This document shows positions 19,534 through 30,945 of a stretch of DNA of 64,000 bases, piece after piece. Every line of letters begins with the position of its first letter. The first letter of the stretch is position 1. Position numbers and translations under genes: made by a program. The stretch is taken from assembly GCA_965202625.1 (NCBI GenBank), contig CBDBBI010000010.1, forward strand, positions 2,816,001-2,880,000. Reading direction: 5' to 3'. The notes beneath the pieces were generated by a model that did no database searches, was not told the origin of the DNA, and was given only the letters and a program-made list of their open reading frames with translations. This DNA comes from a bacterium (GTDB taxonomy: Bacteria > UBA8248).

Positions 19534-21009
19534 CTATCCGGTTTCCCGCATGGCGGCGACGTAGAGCTCCGGCCGCGTGATCTGGGCGGCCACGAGTTGT
19601 GCCCATTCAAAGAGCCAGAAAGCGCCCAGGCCGAACAGAACCGCGAAGACGGAAAGGAAGGCGACGGCTCCGTATAGCCCCGCGCCGGCGGAGCCTATCT
19701 CGCCTCCGCCCGTCCCCCAGGCGTAGCGTTGGTAAGTCGTGAAGTTATAGTAAAGCGATATGATGCCGAATCCCAGAGCGACGCAGGTCGCGAGGGTCGC
19801 GCCTTGGGAGAACCCCGCCCGGAGCACGAAGAGTTTGGCGAAAAAGCCCGCGAACGGAGGAAAACCCGCGAGGGACAGAAACCCCACCAGCATCAAGAGG
19901 CTGGCGAAGGGCGCCTTGTCCATCATGCCGCCCATCTCCTCCAGGTCGACCGTGCCGGTGAGCTTCTGGTTGAGTCCCGCTCCCAGGAGCATCGCGCTTT
20001 TCAGATAGGCGTGGCCCACGAGGTAGAAGACCGCCGCCGCCAGTCCCGCCTGCGAAAGCAGGGCGACTCCGAAGGCGATGTAGCCGAGTTGGTTGATGGT
20101 GCTGTAGGCCAGGATGCGCTTGAGGCTCCTCTGGGGCAGGGTGCCGAGCGCGCCCATGGCGATGGTGCACAGGCACAGGACGATGAGTCCCGGCTGGAGC
20201 TTCAGGAACGCGGCCGGAAAGATGAGCGTGGCGCAACGGATGATGGCGTAGATGCCCACCTTCACGAGCACGCCCGCCAGAATGGCGCTTATGGGGGTGG
20301 GCGATATGGAATGCGCCGAGGGCAGCCACAGGTGCATGGGGAAGATCGCCGCCTTGACGCTGAATACGAATACGAAGATGAGGGCGGTCGCCGTGATGAG
20401 GGGCGTTGGCCCCAGGAGGCGGATCTTCTCGGCAAGGTCCGCCATGTTGACCGTGCCCACCTGGGCGTAGAGGAGGGAGACGCCGAGCAGGAAGAAGGCC
20501 GAGGCGATGAGGTTCAGGCAAGTGTATTTGAACGCCATCTCGAGCTGGTCGAGGTTGTAGTGGAAGCCGAGCAGCGCGTAGGTGGCCATGAGCATGACCT
20601 CAAAGAAGACGAACAGGTTGAACAAATCACCCGTGATGAAGCACCCCTGCATTCCCATGAGGAGGAAGTGCAGCAGCGGGTTGAAAGCCTCTTTTCGCTG
20701 CTCGTCCGAAAGATAGCTTCTGGCGAAGATGGCGCACGCCGCCACGATGGACGCGGAGAGGCACAGTAGAGTGGCGGTGAGCCTGTCGGCGGTCAGAATG
20801 ATGGCGTAGGGGAAGGGCCAAAGCCCCATCCTGTGGACGAATATTGTCCCGTCCGCCGTCGCGCTCAGGAGCGCGACCGCCAGAATGAGGTTCGCCAGCA
20901 GCGAGAGGACGCTCAGGGATTCCTGGAGGGCGCGGTTCTTGCGAATCCAGAAGAGCGCGATGCCCGTGGCGAGCGGCCAGATGGCGAACAGGGGGAGGAG
21001 GGCGTTCAT
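19534..21009 (-). CDS. mrpD: Mrp antiporter subunit D
   Basis: GDLFNLFVFFEVML, KAAIFPMHLWLP and VKVGIY. Start MNALL at 21009 overlaps the mrpC stop. Confidence 0.92.
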   Translation of the reverse strand: MNALLPLFAIWPLATGIALFWIRKNRALQESLSVLSLLANLILAVALLSATADGTIFVHRMGLWPFPYAIILTADRLTATLLCLSASIVAACAIFARSYLSDEQRKEAFNPLLHFLLMGMQGCFITGDLFNLFVFFEVMLMATYALLGFHYNLDQLEMAFKYTCLNLIASAFFLLGVSLLYAQVGTVNMADLAEKIRLLGPTPLITATALIFVFVFSVKAAIFPMHLWLPSAHSISPTPISAILAGVLVKVGIYAIIRCATLIFPAAFLKLQPGLIVLCLCTIAMGALGTLPQRSLKRILAYSTINQLGYIAFGVALLSQAGLAAAVFYLVGHAYLKSAMLLGAGLNQKLTGTVDLEEMGGMMDKAPFASLLMLVGFLSLAGFPPFAGFFAKLFVLRAGFSQGATLATCVALGFGIISLYYNFTTYQRYAWGTGGGEIGSAGAGLYGAVAFLSVFAVLFGLGAFWLFEWAQLVAAQITRPELYVAAMRETG

Positions 21010-21356
21010 CCTCTCAGCCTCCTGATCTCGTCGATGTCGTCGGTCTGGAACTTGCGGTAGGCGAAAAACGCCAGGACGAGCAGGAAGGCCGTCACCGCGA
21101 AACTGATGACGATGGCGGTCAGCACCATGGCCTGGGGCAGGGGGTCGACGTAGGCGAACGGATCGAGCGGGCCCCCTTCTTTGGGAACGATGGGCGCCTT
21201 GCCGTCTCCCACCCATCCGGAGGCGACGATCATCAGGTTCGCGGCGTGGCTGAGCACCGCCATGCCGAGCACGACCTGGATGATCTTGCGCTGCATGATG
21301 AGATAGGAAGCGACCGTGACCAGAACGCCTATCGTCATCGCCAGTATCCACAGCAC
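21006..21356 (-). CDS. mrpC: Mrp antiporter subunit C
   Basis: DPLPQAMVLTAIVISF; GTG start at 21356. Confidence 0.92.
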   Translation of the reverse strand: MLWILAMTIGVLVTVASYLIMQRKIIQVVLGMAVLSHAANLMIVASGWVGDGKAPIVPKEGGPLDPFAYVDPLPQAMVLTAIVISFAVTAFLLVLAFFAYRKFQTDDIDEIRRLRG

Positions 21357-21385
21357 TTTGTCGTCCCTCGCTCTATCGCTCTCGT

Positions 21386-21811
21386 TTATGAACCGGGCGC
21401 GTTTCGCCCGCACAGGTTGGTGAGAATGGACATCACCACCCCGACCACCACCCCGTATACCCCGACGTCGAACAGAAAGGCGGTGAACAGCTCCACCTGC
21501 CCGATGAAGGGCAGGGAGAAGTGGTATATCGCGCTTTTGAGATACGCCCCCTTGACGTAGCCCCAGGCGCCCGTGGCGGTGGAGAGCGCGAGCCCGCCCA
21601 GAAAGATGCGCTCGTAGGGCCAGTTGAACCGCCGCCAGCCCTCCTCGGCGTCCATCGCCACCCACTGGAGCACGATGCCCACGGACGTCATCAACCCCGC
21701 GATGAAGCCGCCCCCCGGCTGGTTGTGCCCGTAGATGAGCAGAAAAAAGGAGAAGAGCAGGGTGAGGTGCAAGACGATGGGGGCGGTCGTGCTCAGAATC
21801 AGTGATCCCAT
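21386..21811 (-). CDS. mrpB: Mrp antiporter subunit B
   Basis: [13 protein letters not shown] and FDVGVY; start MGSLIL at 21811. Confidence 0.92.
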   Translation of the reverse strand: MGSLILSTTAPIVLHLTLLFSFFLLIYGHNQPGGGFIAGLMTSVGIVLQWVAMDAEEGWRRFNWPYERIFLGGLALSTATGAWGYVKGAYLKSAIYHFSLPFIGQVELFTAFLFDVGVYGVVVGVVMSILTNLCGRNAPGS

Positions 21812-24144
21812 TTGATCCCTCCCACGAGTCGCGTGATGGTGTAAATGGCGATGCCTGCGATGACCAGAACGGCGATTTCCCCCAGGGTGTCGTATGCGCG
21901 GTAATCGACGATGATCGCGTTGACCACGTTCTTGAATCCGGCCACCGGCCTGCTCGTGCGCATGAAGTAGTCCGCTATCGTTCTGAAGGCGTGCGCGTTC
22001 ATGGCGGCGGCCATGGCGAGCGTCGCGCATACGCCCAGTGCGATCGCGATGGCCCAGTCCCGCATTCTCCTGACGGGAGAGAGGCGGACGGGCCTCATCT
22101 CGGGCAGGTAGTAGAACACGAGCAGGAAGAGCACGACGGAGGCGGATTCGATCATGATCTGGGTGAGAGCCAAATCCGGCGCCTTGAGGAGGAGGTAGAG
22201 TCCCGAGATGGAATAGCCCATCGCGCCGAGGGCCAGAATCGCCGGAACCCTCCTTCGGAAGAGCGCGGTGGCGAGCGCCGCTCCCATGATCAGCAGCGCG
22301 ATCACGACGAGGAGAAACGAGGCGCCCTCGAATCCTTTGGGGAAGGCGTCTGCGCTCCATTCCATCGGCCAGACGACGAAGAGGACGCCGACGGCCGGCG
22401 CCGCCAACGTCCAGCGCATGTATCTTCTGAGGTTCCCGTCCTGGATGAGGAGGAGAATCTCCCAGGTGCCGTGGCGCAGCCAGCGGATGAAGGCGTCATA
22501 CGCCTTGTCAGGGGCGGGCGCGCGCTCCCACAGGCGGGCGGCGGCGTCGAGGACGGCACTCACGCAAGCGAAGCCCAGATAGAGCGCGACCCCCAGCGCC
22601 ATGGTGAGGATCGACATGAGCAAGGGCGCGTTCACCCCGTGCCAGAGTGCGAGGTGAAGTTCGACGCGCTCTCCGCCGCCCAGCGTCGCCGCGGCGGCCG
22701 GGGCCACGACGGCGTTTTCGATGAGGCCGGGCGCCAGGCCGAACAAAAGGGCGAGGAACGCCAAAACCGCAGGCGCGGCGAGCATCCCCCAGGGCGGGTC
22801 GTGGGGGCGTTTCGGCGTCTCGCCCTCGGCCGCTTGCCAGTAGGGCGCGCCCAGAAACCTCAAATGATAGAGCGCGGTGAACACGCCCGCGAGAACGGTG
22901 AGCCATGGCCAGAACCAGCCCCAGGCTCCAGGGCCTTCGGGGCGGAGGCTCGCCTCGTAGAGCATCTCCTTGGTGATGAAGCCGCCCAGGGGGGGGACGC
23001 CGATCAGGCTGAGGGCGGCGAGGAGCGCGAGAAGGTGGGTTCGGGGCATAAGTTTGCGCAGGTTTCCCAGAAGCCGCACGTCCCGGGTGCCCGCCTCGTG
23101 ATCGATGACGCCCACCGTCATGAACATCGCCGCCTTGGCGGCCGCGTGGTTGTAGAGGTGCAGGGTGGCGCCGACGATAGCCCCCTTCCCCCCGTAGCCC
23201 AGAAAGGTGACGATGAGGCCGAGTTGGCTGATCGTCCCGTATGCCAGAATCGCCTTCAGATCATGGGCGCGCAGAGAGAGCAGACCGCCGGCTATCATCG
23301 TGGTCATGCCGAGGCTCGTGACGACGTAGCCCCAGGCGGGGTGCGCGCCCAGAATCGGATAGAAGCGCGAGAGCAGATAGATGCCCGCCTTCACCATGGT
23401 GGCCGAGTGAAGAAAGGCGCTGATGGGCGTGGGCGCCTCCATGGCGTTCGGCAGCCAGATGTGAAAGGGCCACTGCGCGCTCTTGGTGGCGGCCCCGAGG
23501 ATGATCAGGATGAACACGCCGAGAGAGACTTTTTGGGCGATATCCGGAGTCAGAACGAGCTGCGAGAGCCGCCATTCGCCCGCCGCGTCGCCTAGGAGCA
23601 AAAAGCCCCCCAGCATGGCGAGACCCCCGCTTCCCGTGATGAGAATCGCCTTGGTCGCCCCGTAGTTCGATGCGTCCTTCTCCGACCAGAAGCCGATCAG
23701 GAAAAACGAGGTGATGCTCGTCAGCTCCCAGAATATGAACAGCGAGAGCAGGTGATCGGAGAGTACCGCCCCGAGCATCGACCCCATGAAGGCGACGAGA
23801 AAGCCGTAGTAGCGTCCGAGGGCTTCTTCCTCGTCGAGATACCAGTGGGAATACGCGATGATGAGGACGCCCATGCCCGCCACCAGAAAGCCCCACATGA
23901 GGCTCAGTCCGTCCACCATGAAGGAGATTTCCACCTCGCCCGCCGGCACCCAGGGGATGACGCGGGTGATGGTCTCCCCGCCGCCCGCCGCCCATTCGCC
24001 GTAAAGCCGATAGAGTGCCCACGCGCTGAGGAGGGGGGCCGCCATGGCGATCCACGCGGCGTTTTTCGGAAACCGCTTGATGAGGGAGGGAGCCATGAGG
24101 GCGACGAGGAATGGGAAGAATACGGCGATGAGGGTATTATCCAA
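21799..24144 (-). CDS. mrpA: Mrp antiporter subunit A
   Basis: [39 protein letters not shown] and [10 protein letters not shown]. Confidence 0.94.
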   Translation of the reverse strand: MDNTLIAVFFPFLVALMAPSLIKRFPKNAAWIAMAAPLLSAWALYRLYGEWAAGGGETITRVIPWVPAGEVEISFMVDGLSLMWGFLVAGMGVLIIAYSHWYLDEEEALGRYYGFLVAFMGSMLGAVLSDHLLSLFIFWELTSITSFFLIGFWSEKDASNYGATKAILITGSGGLAMLGGFLLLGDAAGEWRLSQLVLTPDIAQKVSLGVFILIILGAATKSAQWPFHIWLPNAMEAPTPISAFLHSATMVKAGIYLLSRFYPILGAHPAWGYVVTSLGMTTMIAGGLLSLRAHDLKAILAYGTISQLGLIVTFLGYGGKGAIVGATLHLYNHAAAKAAMFMTVGVIDHEAGTRDVRLLGNLRKLMPRTHLLALLAALSLIGVPPLGGFITKEMLYEASLRPEGPGAWGWFWPWLTVLAGVFTALYHLRFLGAPYWQAAEGETPKRPHDPPWGMLAAPAVLAFLALLFGLAPGLIENAVVAPAAAATLGGGERVELHLALWHGVNAPLLMSILTMALGVALYLGFACVSAVLDAAARLWERAPAPDKAYDAFIRWLRHGTWEILLLIQDGNLRRYMRWTLAAPAVGVLFVVWPMEWSADAFPKGFEGASFLLVVIALLIMGAALATALFRRRVPAILALGAMGYSISGLYLLLKAPDLALTQIMIESASVVLFLLVFYYLPEMRPVRLSPVRRMRDWAIAIALGVCATLAMAAAMNAHAFRTIADYFMRTSRPVAGFKNVVNAIIVDYRAYDTLGEIAVLVIAGIAIYTITRLVGGIKWDH

Positions 24145-24316
24145 AACCTGAGACCCCTCAAATGGTTTCCGGCTATCGAGACGTCAAATCGTCAAGTTGT
24201 CGGGTCGCCTGAAGCGGGCGCGGCGAAAATAATGGCATATTCGAGGGAATCGGACAACAAAACAACGATACGCGCGCGTGTGCTCGCGCTTTGACTGAAA
24301 ATGGAGGAGCGCCATC

Positions 24317-25090
24317 TTGAGCGAGACGACGACCTACCGCCTCTACGCCCTGTGCCAGGGCGCGCGCGATTGCGACGCCTCCTGGCTTCTTTACCTGAGC
24401 GAGTCGGGACGAACGAGACGGCTGCCCTATTTCTTCTGGCTTCTGGTGCCTGAGGATGGAGGCGCGCCCATTCTGGTGGACACCGGCTTCGGAGCGGAGG
24501 CCCAGCGCGCGCGAAATCCCCTCTATCAAGATTACCGCGCCCAGCGGAAGCTCCTCGCGCATTTCGGCGTAAAACCCTCCCAGGTCGAGACCCTCCTCGT
24601 CACCCACCTCCACTGGGATCATTTCGCATCGCCCCGCCTCTTCTCCTCCGCGCGCTTTTATCTGCAAAGGCGAGAACTTGCCTTCTGGCGAAGCGACGCG
24701 GCCCAGTATCACTTCATCAACCATTTTCTGGGCGACCTGCCCGAGGCCGAGAGGCTGCTGGAGGAGGGCCGCCTCGAGTTGGTGGACGAGGAGGCGGAGG
24801 TGGCCGACGGGCTGTGCCTCCACTGGGTGGGCGGACATACGCCCGGCCTGCAGATCGTCCGCTTCAGGACGAGGGAGGGCTGGGCGGTGCTGGCCGCCGA
24901 TGCGGCCTACGTCTACCGCAGTCTCGAATCCATGATTCCGCCGGGCATTCACGTGCACGTGGACGACGCCCTGCGCGCCCTCGACGCCGTGAAGTCCCTG
25001 GCCGATTCGCCCCGCCTCATCTTCGCCGGCCACGACGAGCGGGACTTGCGCAGAGAGGAGGTTTTTCCGGGGGTGAGGAGGTTGGCGTGA
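24317..25090 (+). CDS. Metallo-beta-lactamase-fold hydrolase (N-acyl-homoserine lactonase family)
   Basis: LVDTG, THLHWDH, GHTPG and GHD. Confidence 0.85.
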   Translation: MSETTTYRLYALCQGARDCDASWLLYLSESGRTRRLPYFFWLLVPEDGGAPILVDTGFGAEAQRARNPLYQDYRAQRKLLAHFGVKPSQVETLLVTHLHWDHFASPRLFSSARFYLQRRELAFWRSDAAQYHFINHFLGDLPEAERLLEEGRLELVDEEAEVADGLCLHWVGGHTPGLQIVRFRTREGWAVLAADAAYVYRSLESMIPPGIHVHVDDALRALDAVKSLADSPRLIFAGHDERDLRREEVFPGVRRLA

Positions 25091-25149
25091 TGGTCAATTC
25101 CGACCGAGAAGGGAGGGATTGCAAGGGCGGGCGTGGAGAAATGATCGAC

Positions 25150-25174
25150 CGTAGGGGCGGACCCGTGTCCGTCC
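25150..25174 (+). repeat. GTAG-type REP-like palindrome (left of the RM locus)
   Basis: cGTAGGGGCGGACCCGTGTCCGTCC. Confidence 0.5.
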
Positions 25175-25295
25175 TTGTCACCTGCCGTTTGGCTCGGTAT
25201 CTTGGCGGAATGCGAATAGGATGATTTCGTTTCGGAACCCTAAAGAACAAGGAGTGGCGGACGCCACGACGCTGTGATGCGATGCAAGGAACGAT

Positions 25296-26918
25296 ATGAC
25301 CGAGTTGAATTTCAAGGGTAAGGAATTTGTCTATAACCACCATCTCGCCGTGCCGTTCCATCCCCTGGAGCCGCACCCGGACAAGGGAATCGGTGAGGTG
25401 GCCCTGGACGGTAACCTGATCGTTCACGGCGACAATCTGAAAGCGCTGAAGGCGCTCATGCCGACGCACGCCGGAAAAATCAACTGCATCTACATCGACC
25501 CGCCCTACAACACCGGCAAAGAGGGCTGGTGCTACAACGACAACGTCAACTCCCCGATGATCAAGGAGTGGTTCTCCGAACAACCCGTCGACTCCGATGA
25601 CGGCCTCCGGCACGACAAGTGGTGCGCCATGATGTGGCCGAGACTGCGGTTGCTTCATGAGCTTCTTGCTGAGAACGGCGTGATTTTCATATCCATTGAC
25701 GACAACGAGCAACATCATTTGCGAATGATGATGGATGAGATTTTCGGGGAGGAGAATTTTGTCGAGACTTTTATTTGGAAAAAGAAGGGAGGCGCCAGTA
25801 ATACCGAAACGATAGTTGGCGATATTGTAGAAAACATCATAATGTTCGCCAAGGACATATCCAGCTTGGCAGTGAATCGAAGAGTCATTCAATCGGCCAA
25901 TTACCCGAATCGTGATAGCAGGGGATCTTTTCGGTTTCAATCACTTACTAAAACCGATGAGGGGATGTATAGGCGCGATACAATGAAGTTTGGGATTCCT
26001 GTCCCAGGCACTGGCGAACTTGCTTACCCTCCCCAAAAGCAGAGATGGACATCAGGGAAAGTAAATATGATGGATATGTTGCAGGCTGACTTACTCCACT
26101 TTGAGAGGTCGGATCACGGCTATACGGTGCGACGAAAAGATTATTTTAATGAAACTGACCCTCAAACCGGTGTGTACCTTAATCTGTTTCTTGAGTGTGG
26201 CAGTCTCAGGACGGCCAAGAACGAACTTACGCGCATTGAGTTCGGGCGTGAGGATTTTGACACACCCAAACCTACTACTTTGCTCACTCAGTTGCTCCGC
26301 ATCGCAACCGGCCCGGACTCTATCGTCCTGGACTCCTTCGCCGGATCGGGCACGACGGCCCACGCCGTGCTCGCATTGAATAAGGAAGACGGCGGCAATC
26401 GTAAATTCATTCTCGTGGAATGCGAAGACTACGCCGACAGCATCACCGCCGAGCGGGTGCGGCGGGTCATTAAAGGCGTCCCGAAGGCAAAGGACGAATC
26501 CCTGCGAGAAGGTCTGGGCGGTTCTTTCACATATTGCACTCTTGGGCGTCCGGTTGAGATGGACGCCATTCTCCGGGGCGAGTCTCTGCCCGCGTATGAT
26601 CAACTCGGCGCGCTGGTGTTTCACCTGGCGACGAACCGGCTGCTCGACCGGGAGGGTATCGATCAGGAGTCGAATTACCTCGGCGAAGCGGACGGGAGAC
26701 ACCTCTGGCTGATCTACCGGGACGATATTTGCTGGCTCAAATCGCCGGAGGCCGCCTTCACGCTTTCCTTCGCCCGTGAAATTGTCGAGAATAAGCGGCC
26801 AGGCGCGCATCATCTGGTGTTCGCGGCCGCGCGGTTCGTGTCGCAAAGGGTATTAACGCAAGAAAAATTGCAAGTCGAGTTCGCGCCCTTGCCCTTCGCG
26901 CTCTACCGCGTCGGGTAG
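25296..26918 (+). CDS. mod: Type III restriction-modification methyltransferase (Mod)
   Basis: IYIDPPYNTG, TPKP and VLDSFAGSGTT in beta-class order, with a low-GC central target-recognition region. Confidence 0.92.
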   Translation: MTELNFKGKEFVYNHHLAVPFHPLEPHPDKGIGEVALDGNLIVHGDNLKALKALMPTHAGKINCIYIDPPYNTGKEGWCYNDNVNSPMIKEWFSEQPVDSDDGLRHDKWCAMMWPRLRLLHELLAENGVIFISIDDNEQHHLRMMMDEIFGEENFVETFIWKKKGGASNTETIVGDIVENIIMFAKDISSLAVNRRVIQSANYPNRDSRGSFRFQSLTKTDEGMYRRDTMKFGIPVPGTGELAYPPQKQRWTSGKVNMMDMLQADLLHFERSDHGYTVRRKDYFNETDPQTGVYLNLFLECGSLRTAKNELTRIEFGREDFDTPKPTTLLTQLLRIATGPDSIVLDSFAGSGTTAHAVLALNKEDGGNRKFILVECEDYADSITAERVRRVIKGVPKAKDESLREGLGGSFTYCTLGRPVEMDAILRGESLPAYDQLGALVFHLATNRLLDREGIDQESNYLGEADGRHLWLIYRDDICWLKSPEAAFTLSFAREIVENKRPGAHHLVFAAARFVSQRVLTQEKLQVEFAPLPFALYRVG

Positions 26919-26931
26919 GAGTGAAGGAACG

Positions 26932-29550
26932 ATGCGCCGACTCGATTATCAGGATCGCGTTCTGACGAGGCTGGATGCCTACCTGGAAATCCTCGTCAAG
27001 GAAAAGAAAAACGCCGATAAGGTATCGAAGATCGTCGCCGAAAATCCGGGCGTTGACATTCCTGTCCCCGACTTCACGGAAACGACGTGGGAAAAGATGC
27101 GAGAAGCGGGCGGACTGCCGCCTTCTCGGTCCGGCATCCCCTTTTCGAGGCGGCGGGACGAAATGGAAAGGCCCGTGCCGAACATTGTGATGAAAGTTCC
27201 CACCGGCGGCGGCAAAACCTTTTTGGCCGTCAACGCCGTGTCGCGGGTTATGGGAAGCTATCTCAGCAAGAGAGTCGGCTTCGTCCTCTGGATCGTCCCG
27301 AACGAGGCGATTTACGCGCAGACGCTCAAACGCTTCAGGACCAGGAGCGATCCCTATCGCCAGATGCTGGATGCTGCGGGGGCCGGCGGTGTCCGCATCA
27401 TGGAAAAGGGCGACCGGCTGGATACGCGCGACGTGGAAGAGAATCTCTGCGTCATGCTGTTGATGCTGCAATCCGCCAATCGTGAGAGCAAGGAATCTTT
27501 ACGGATGTTCAGGGATCGGGGCGACGTTCACGGGTTCACTCCGGATCAAGGGGATCAACTCGCGCATAAAAGGATGCTGGAGAAGGTTCCGAATCTGGAT
27601 CGCTATGATCTGGCGGAAAGCCCGCTCATGTGGCCGATGATCAAGGATTCGCTGGGCAACGCGCTTCGGATCGTCCGTCCGGTCGTGGTTCTGGACGAAG
27701 GCCACAAAGCGACTTCCCAACTCGCTCTGGATACCCTCTACGGCTTCAACCCCTGTTTCGTTCTGGAACTTACGGCGACGCCGAAGGACGTGTATGCTCG
27801 CGGCGGCAGGAATCCGCGCCCCGCACGGTATGCGAACGTGCTGGTGGACGTCACGGGAGTGGAGCTGGACCGCGAGGGCATGATCAAGATGCCTCTCCAT
27901 CTCGACCCGCTACAGGATACCGACTGGAAAAACACGCTGAATGCCGCGCTGGAAAGACTTCGCGACTTGGAGGGCGAAGCGGAGGCGTTTCGCGCCGACA
28001 GCAACTGTTATATCCGGCCCATCCTACTGGTGCAGGTCGAGCGCACGGGCGGGGATCAGCTGAAAGCGGGCCTCATTCACGCGGAGGACGTGAAGGAGTG
28101 GTTGCTGACCGCCGGTTTCGATGAGGCGGAAATCGTTGTCAAGACAGCGGAGCGCAACGATCTGAATCAGCCCGAGAATCAGGACCTGCTCTCGCCGATG
28201 AACCGGGTGCGCGTCATCATCACGCGCCAGGCGTTGCAGGAAGGGTGGGACTGCCCCTTCGCCTATATCCTGTGTGCCCTTGCGGCAAGCTCCAACTCAA
28301 GCGCGATGACCCAGCTCGTCGGGCGCATCTTGCGCCAGCCGCACGCGATGAAAACGGGAATAGAATCGCTCGACGGGTGCTACGTCATCACCCATCACGC
28401 ATCGACGGCTGAGGTGGTGAAATCGGTGAAGGAGGGTCTGGAAAGGGATGGGCTGGGCGACCTCGTCCCGGAAATTGTCGGGGGCGGAGACAATGCAAAT
28501 GGCGGCGGTTTGCGGCGAATCGACCGGCGTGAGGGATTCGCCAAAACAGAAATCCATCTGCCCCGCGTCCTGATCGTCGATGAGGAAGAAGTGCGCGACC
28601 TCGACTATGAGACCGACGTCGCTTCCCCGATTGACTGGCGCGGCTTCGATCCTTCCACCATCGCCTGGGGGATTTCCGAGAACGTCCGGCCGGTGGAAGG
28701 ACAGTTGGTGGTGTTTCAAATCAAGGAGAAACCGGAAGCCTCGATCGTTCATGAAGCCGTCGCTTCGAGCGTCGAGACGATGACTTTTCATCCTGCTTAC
28801 GCGGTCCGCATGATCTCCGATATTGTGCCGAACGTGTTCGTCGGTCAGGAAATCGTAGGCGCATTCGTCAAGGCCCTCGAAAAACGCGGTTTCAGCGAGG
28901 AAAGGCTGGGCGGCTTGAGCGGGCTGCTCATTGAGGAGCTGCGCAAGGGACTGGAAAGGGAGCGCGGCGTCAGGGCGGAGAGGATGTTTCGTCGAAAGGT
29001 CAAGGACGGAGAAATCCAGTTCCGCCTTCGGGCGGACGGTCGCAACTGGCGAATGCCTTTCTACATCGACACGTCTGAGCCGGAAGGGGCGGATCAACTG
29101 AACGGAGCGGATGGCGGGCCATTGAGGCGCAGTCTGTTCTCGCCGGTATACAAAGCGGAATTGAATGGAGAAGAGCGGGCCGTCGCGGTATATCTCGACA
29201 AGGAGAAAGCCCTCTCGTGGTGGCATCGCAACGCCGCGCGCTCGCAATATGGTCTTCAGGGATGGAAGCGGCACAGGATATACCCGGACTTTATATTCGC
29301 GCAGACAATGGCGGACGATAAGTCCAGGTTCATCGTCCTTGAAACCAAGGGCGACTATCTCGACAATCTGGACACGGAGTATAAACGCTGCCTGCTCGCT
29401 CTTATGTCCGAGAATTTCTCATGGAACAATACCCTCCGGGCCGGAGAGCTTGAGCTGGTTCGGGAGAATGGCGAGATAGTCAAGTGCGCGCTGGTGCTGA
29501 TGAGTGAATGGCAAACAAATCTGCCGGAGCTCTTGGCTTCCAATACGTGA
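26932..29550 (+). CDS. res: Type III restriction enzyme Res subunit (SF2 helicase plus PD-(D/E)XK nuclease)
   Basis: PTGGGKT, DEGH, TAT, EGWD, QLVGRILR and YPDF..ETKG. Confidence 0.9.
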   Translation: MRRLDYQDRVLTRLDAYLEILVKEKKNADKVSKIVAENPGVDIPVPDFTETTWEKMREAGGLPPSRSGIPFSRRRDEMERPVPNIVMKVPTGGGKTFLAVNAVSRVMGSYLSKRVGFVLWIVPNEAIYAQTLKRFRTRSDPYRQMLDAAGAGGVRIMEKGDRLDTRDVEENLCVMLLMLQSANRESKESLRMFRDRGDVHGFTPDQGDQLAHKRMLEKVPNLDRYDLAESPLMWPMIKDSLGNALRIVRPVVVLDEGHKATSQLALDTLYGFNPCFVLELTATPKDVYARGGRNPRPARYANVLVDVTGVELDREGMIKMPLHLDPLQDTDWKNTLNAALERLRDLEGEAEAFRADSNCYIRPILLVQVERTGGDQLKAGLIHAEDVKEWLLTAGFDEAEIVVKTAERNDLNQPENQDLLSPMNRVRVIITRQALQEGWDCPFAYILCALAASSNSSAMTQLVGRILRQPHAMKTGIESLDGCYVITHHASTAEVVKSVKEGLERDGLGDLVPEIVGGGDNANGGGLRRIDRREGFAKTEIHLPRVLIVDEEEVRDLDYETDVASPIDWRGFDPSTIAWGISENVRPVEGQLVVFQIKEKPEASIVHEAVASSVETMTFHPAYAVRMISDIVPNVFVGQEIVGAFVKALEKRGFSEERLGGLSGLLIEELRKGLERERGVRAERMFRRKVKDGEIQFRLRADGRNWRMPFYIDTSEPEGADQLNGADGGPLRRSLFSPVYKAELNGEERAVAVYLDKEKALSWWHRNAARSQYGLQGWKRHRIYPDFIFAQTMADDKSRFIVLETKGDYLDNLDTEYKRCLLALMSENFSWNNTLRAGELELVRENGEIVKCALVLMSEWQTNLPELLASNT

Positions 29551-29571
29551 AGCAATGCTCTGGTGAAAGAA

Positions 29572-29618
29572 AGGGCGGTTCCCGAACCGTGGGGCGGATG
29601 CACAGGGCCGCTCCTACG
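29572..29618 (-). repeat. GTAG-type REP-like palindrome (right of the RM locus, inverted)
   Basis: Minus strand reads cGTAGGAGCGGCCCTGTGCATCCGCCCC; GGGCGGTTCCCGAACCG is adjacent. Confidence 0.5.
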
Positions 29619-29797
29619 CCCATGCTCTTACCTCTCCCTCCTTGTTCAGGATTGACCATTCTCACTCGCGCTCACCCGCATTTGTCCGCAAACTCCCCCC
29701 CGCGCGAGACTTCCAGTCTATCGCCGCGTCAAGCGATTTCGTGTATGATGCGGACGATCATAACTCATGGAGACCGCCCCGCGCATAGGAAGACGAC

Positions 29798-30811
29798 ATG
29801 AAGGTAGGCCTCTTCATCACCAACCAGCAGCGCCTCGAAACCGACATGATCAGCGCCCTGGACGAGCAATACGCGATGGTGCGCCTCGCGCGCGACAGGG
29901 GCTGGGATTCGCTCTTCACCGGACAGCACTACCTGAACGAGGGGAACAACAAGCAGCTGCAAATCGTTCCCTTTCTCGCGCGCCTGCAAGCCGAGGCGGG
30001 GGAGATGACCTTGGGCCTGGGCATATTGCTGATCAACCTCCACAATCCGGTCTACGTAGCAGAGACGGTGGCCTCGCTCGACGTGATCTGCCGCGGAAAC
30101 TTCGTTTTCGGAATCGGTCTTGGCTACCGGAAGACGGAGTTCGACGCGTTTCGGGTGCCCAAGGGGGCGCGCGTACGCCGGTTTGAGGAGTGCCTGGAGC
30201 TCGTCAAGCGGTTGTGGACGGAGGAGGAGGTCGTCTGGGAGAGCGAGGTCTGCAAACTCGACGGCGTGCGCATGAACGTCCGCCCCGTGCAGAAGCCGCA
30301 TCCTCCCATATGGGTGGCGGCGAACAACGATCGCGCCATCGAGCGCGCGGCGCGCATCGGGGAGGGCTGGTTCATCAACCCCCATTCCACCACCGCCACC
30401 ATCAGACGCCAGATGGGTCTGTATCGGGCGGAGCTGGCGCGGTGCGGCAAGCCGTTCCCCAAGGAGTTGCCCTGCATGAAGGAGGTGTTTTGCAGCCGCG
30501 ACAGAAAAACCGCCCTGGAGATGGCGGGTCCCTATCTGTTCGGCAAATACAGGGACTACGCCAAATGGGGGCAGGACGACGCGATGCCCGAGGATGAATC
30601 CTTCGATCAGGAATTCGACGACCTGCTGAAGGATCGCTTCATCATCGGCTCGCCGGAGGAATGCTACGAGCAGCTGCGCCCCTATTGGGAGGAGGTCGGG
30701 ACGAATCATCTCATCATCCGGACGCATTGGGCGGGAATGCCGCTCGCCGCGGCCCTCCACAGCATGAGAATGATATCGGACGAGCTCCTGCCCGCCTTGA
30801 AGAAAATTTGA
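29798..30811 (+). CDS. LLM-class (luciferase-like) flavin/F420-dependent oxidoreductase
   Basis: FTGQHY, NPVYVAE..ASLD, GIGLGYR..EF and PVQKPHPPIW. Confidence 0.88.
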   Translation: MKVGLFITNQQRLETDMISALDEQYAMVRLARDRGWDSLFTGQHYLNEGNNKQLQIVPFLARLQAEAGEMTLGLGILLINLHNPVYVAETVASLDVICRGNFVFGIGLGYRKTEFDAFRVPKGARVRRFEECLELVKRLWTEEEVVWESEVCKLDGVRMNVRPVQKPHPPIWVAANNDRAIERAARIGEGWFINPHSTTATIRRQMGLYRAELARCGKPFPKELPCMKEVFCSRDRKTALEMAGPYLFGKYRDYAKWGQDDAMPEDESFDQEFDDLLKDRFIIGSPEECYEQLRPYWEEVGTNHLIIRTHWAGMPLAAALHSMRMISDELLPALKKI

Positions 30812-30945
30812 GGGAAGGGATGGCCGTGCCCGAGGCACTTTTGCCGGAGGATTCGTCTGGGGGCTCGCTCGCGCATCCGCCAGAAGACGTGATATGATGA
30901 AAGACACAACGCGAAGGCGCATGTCCGCAAAACATGGGGGTCGCT

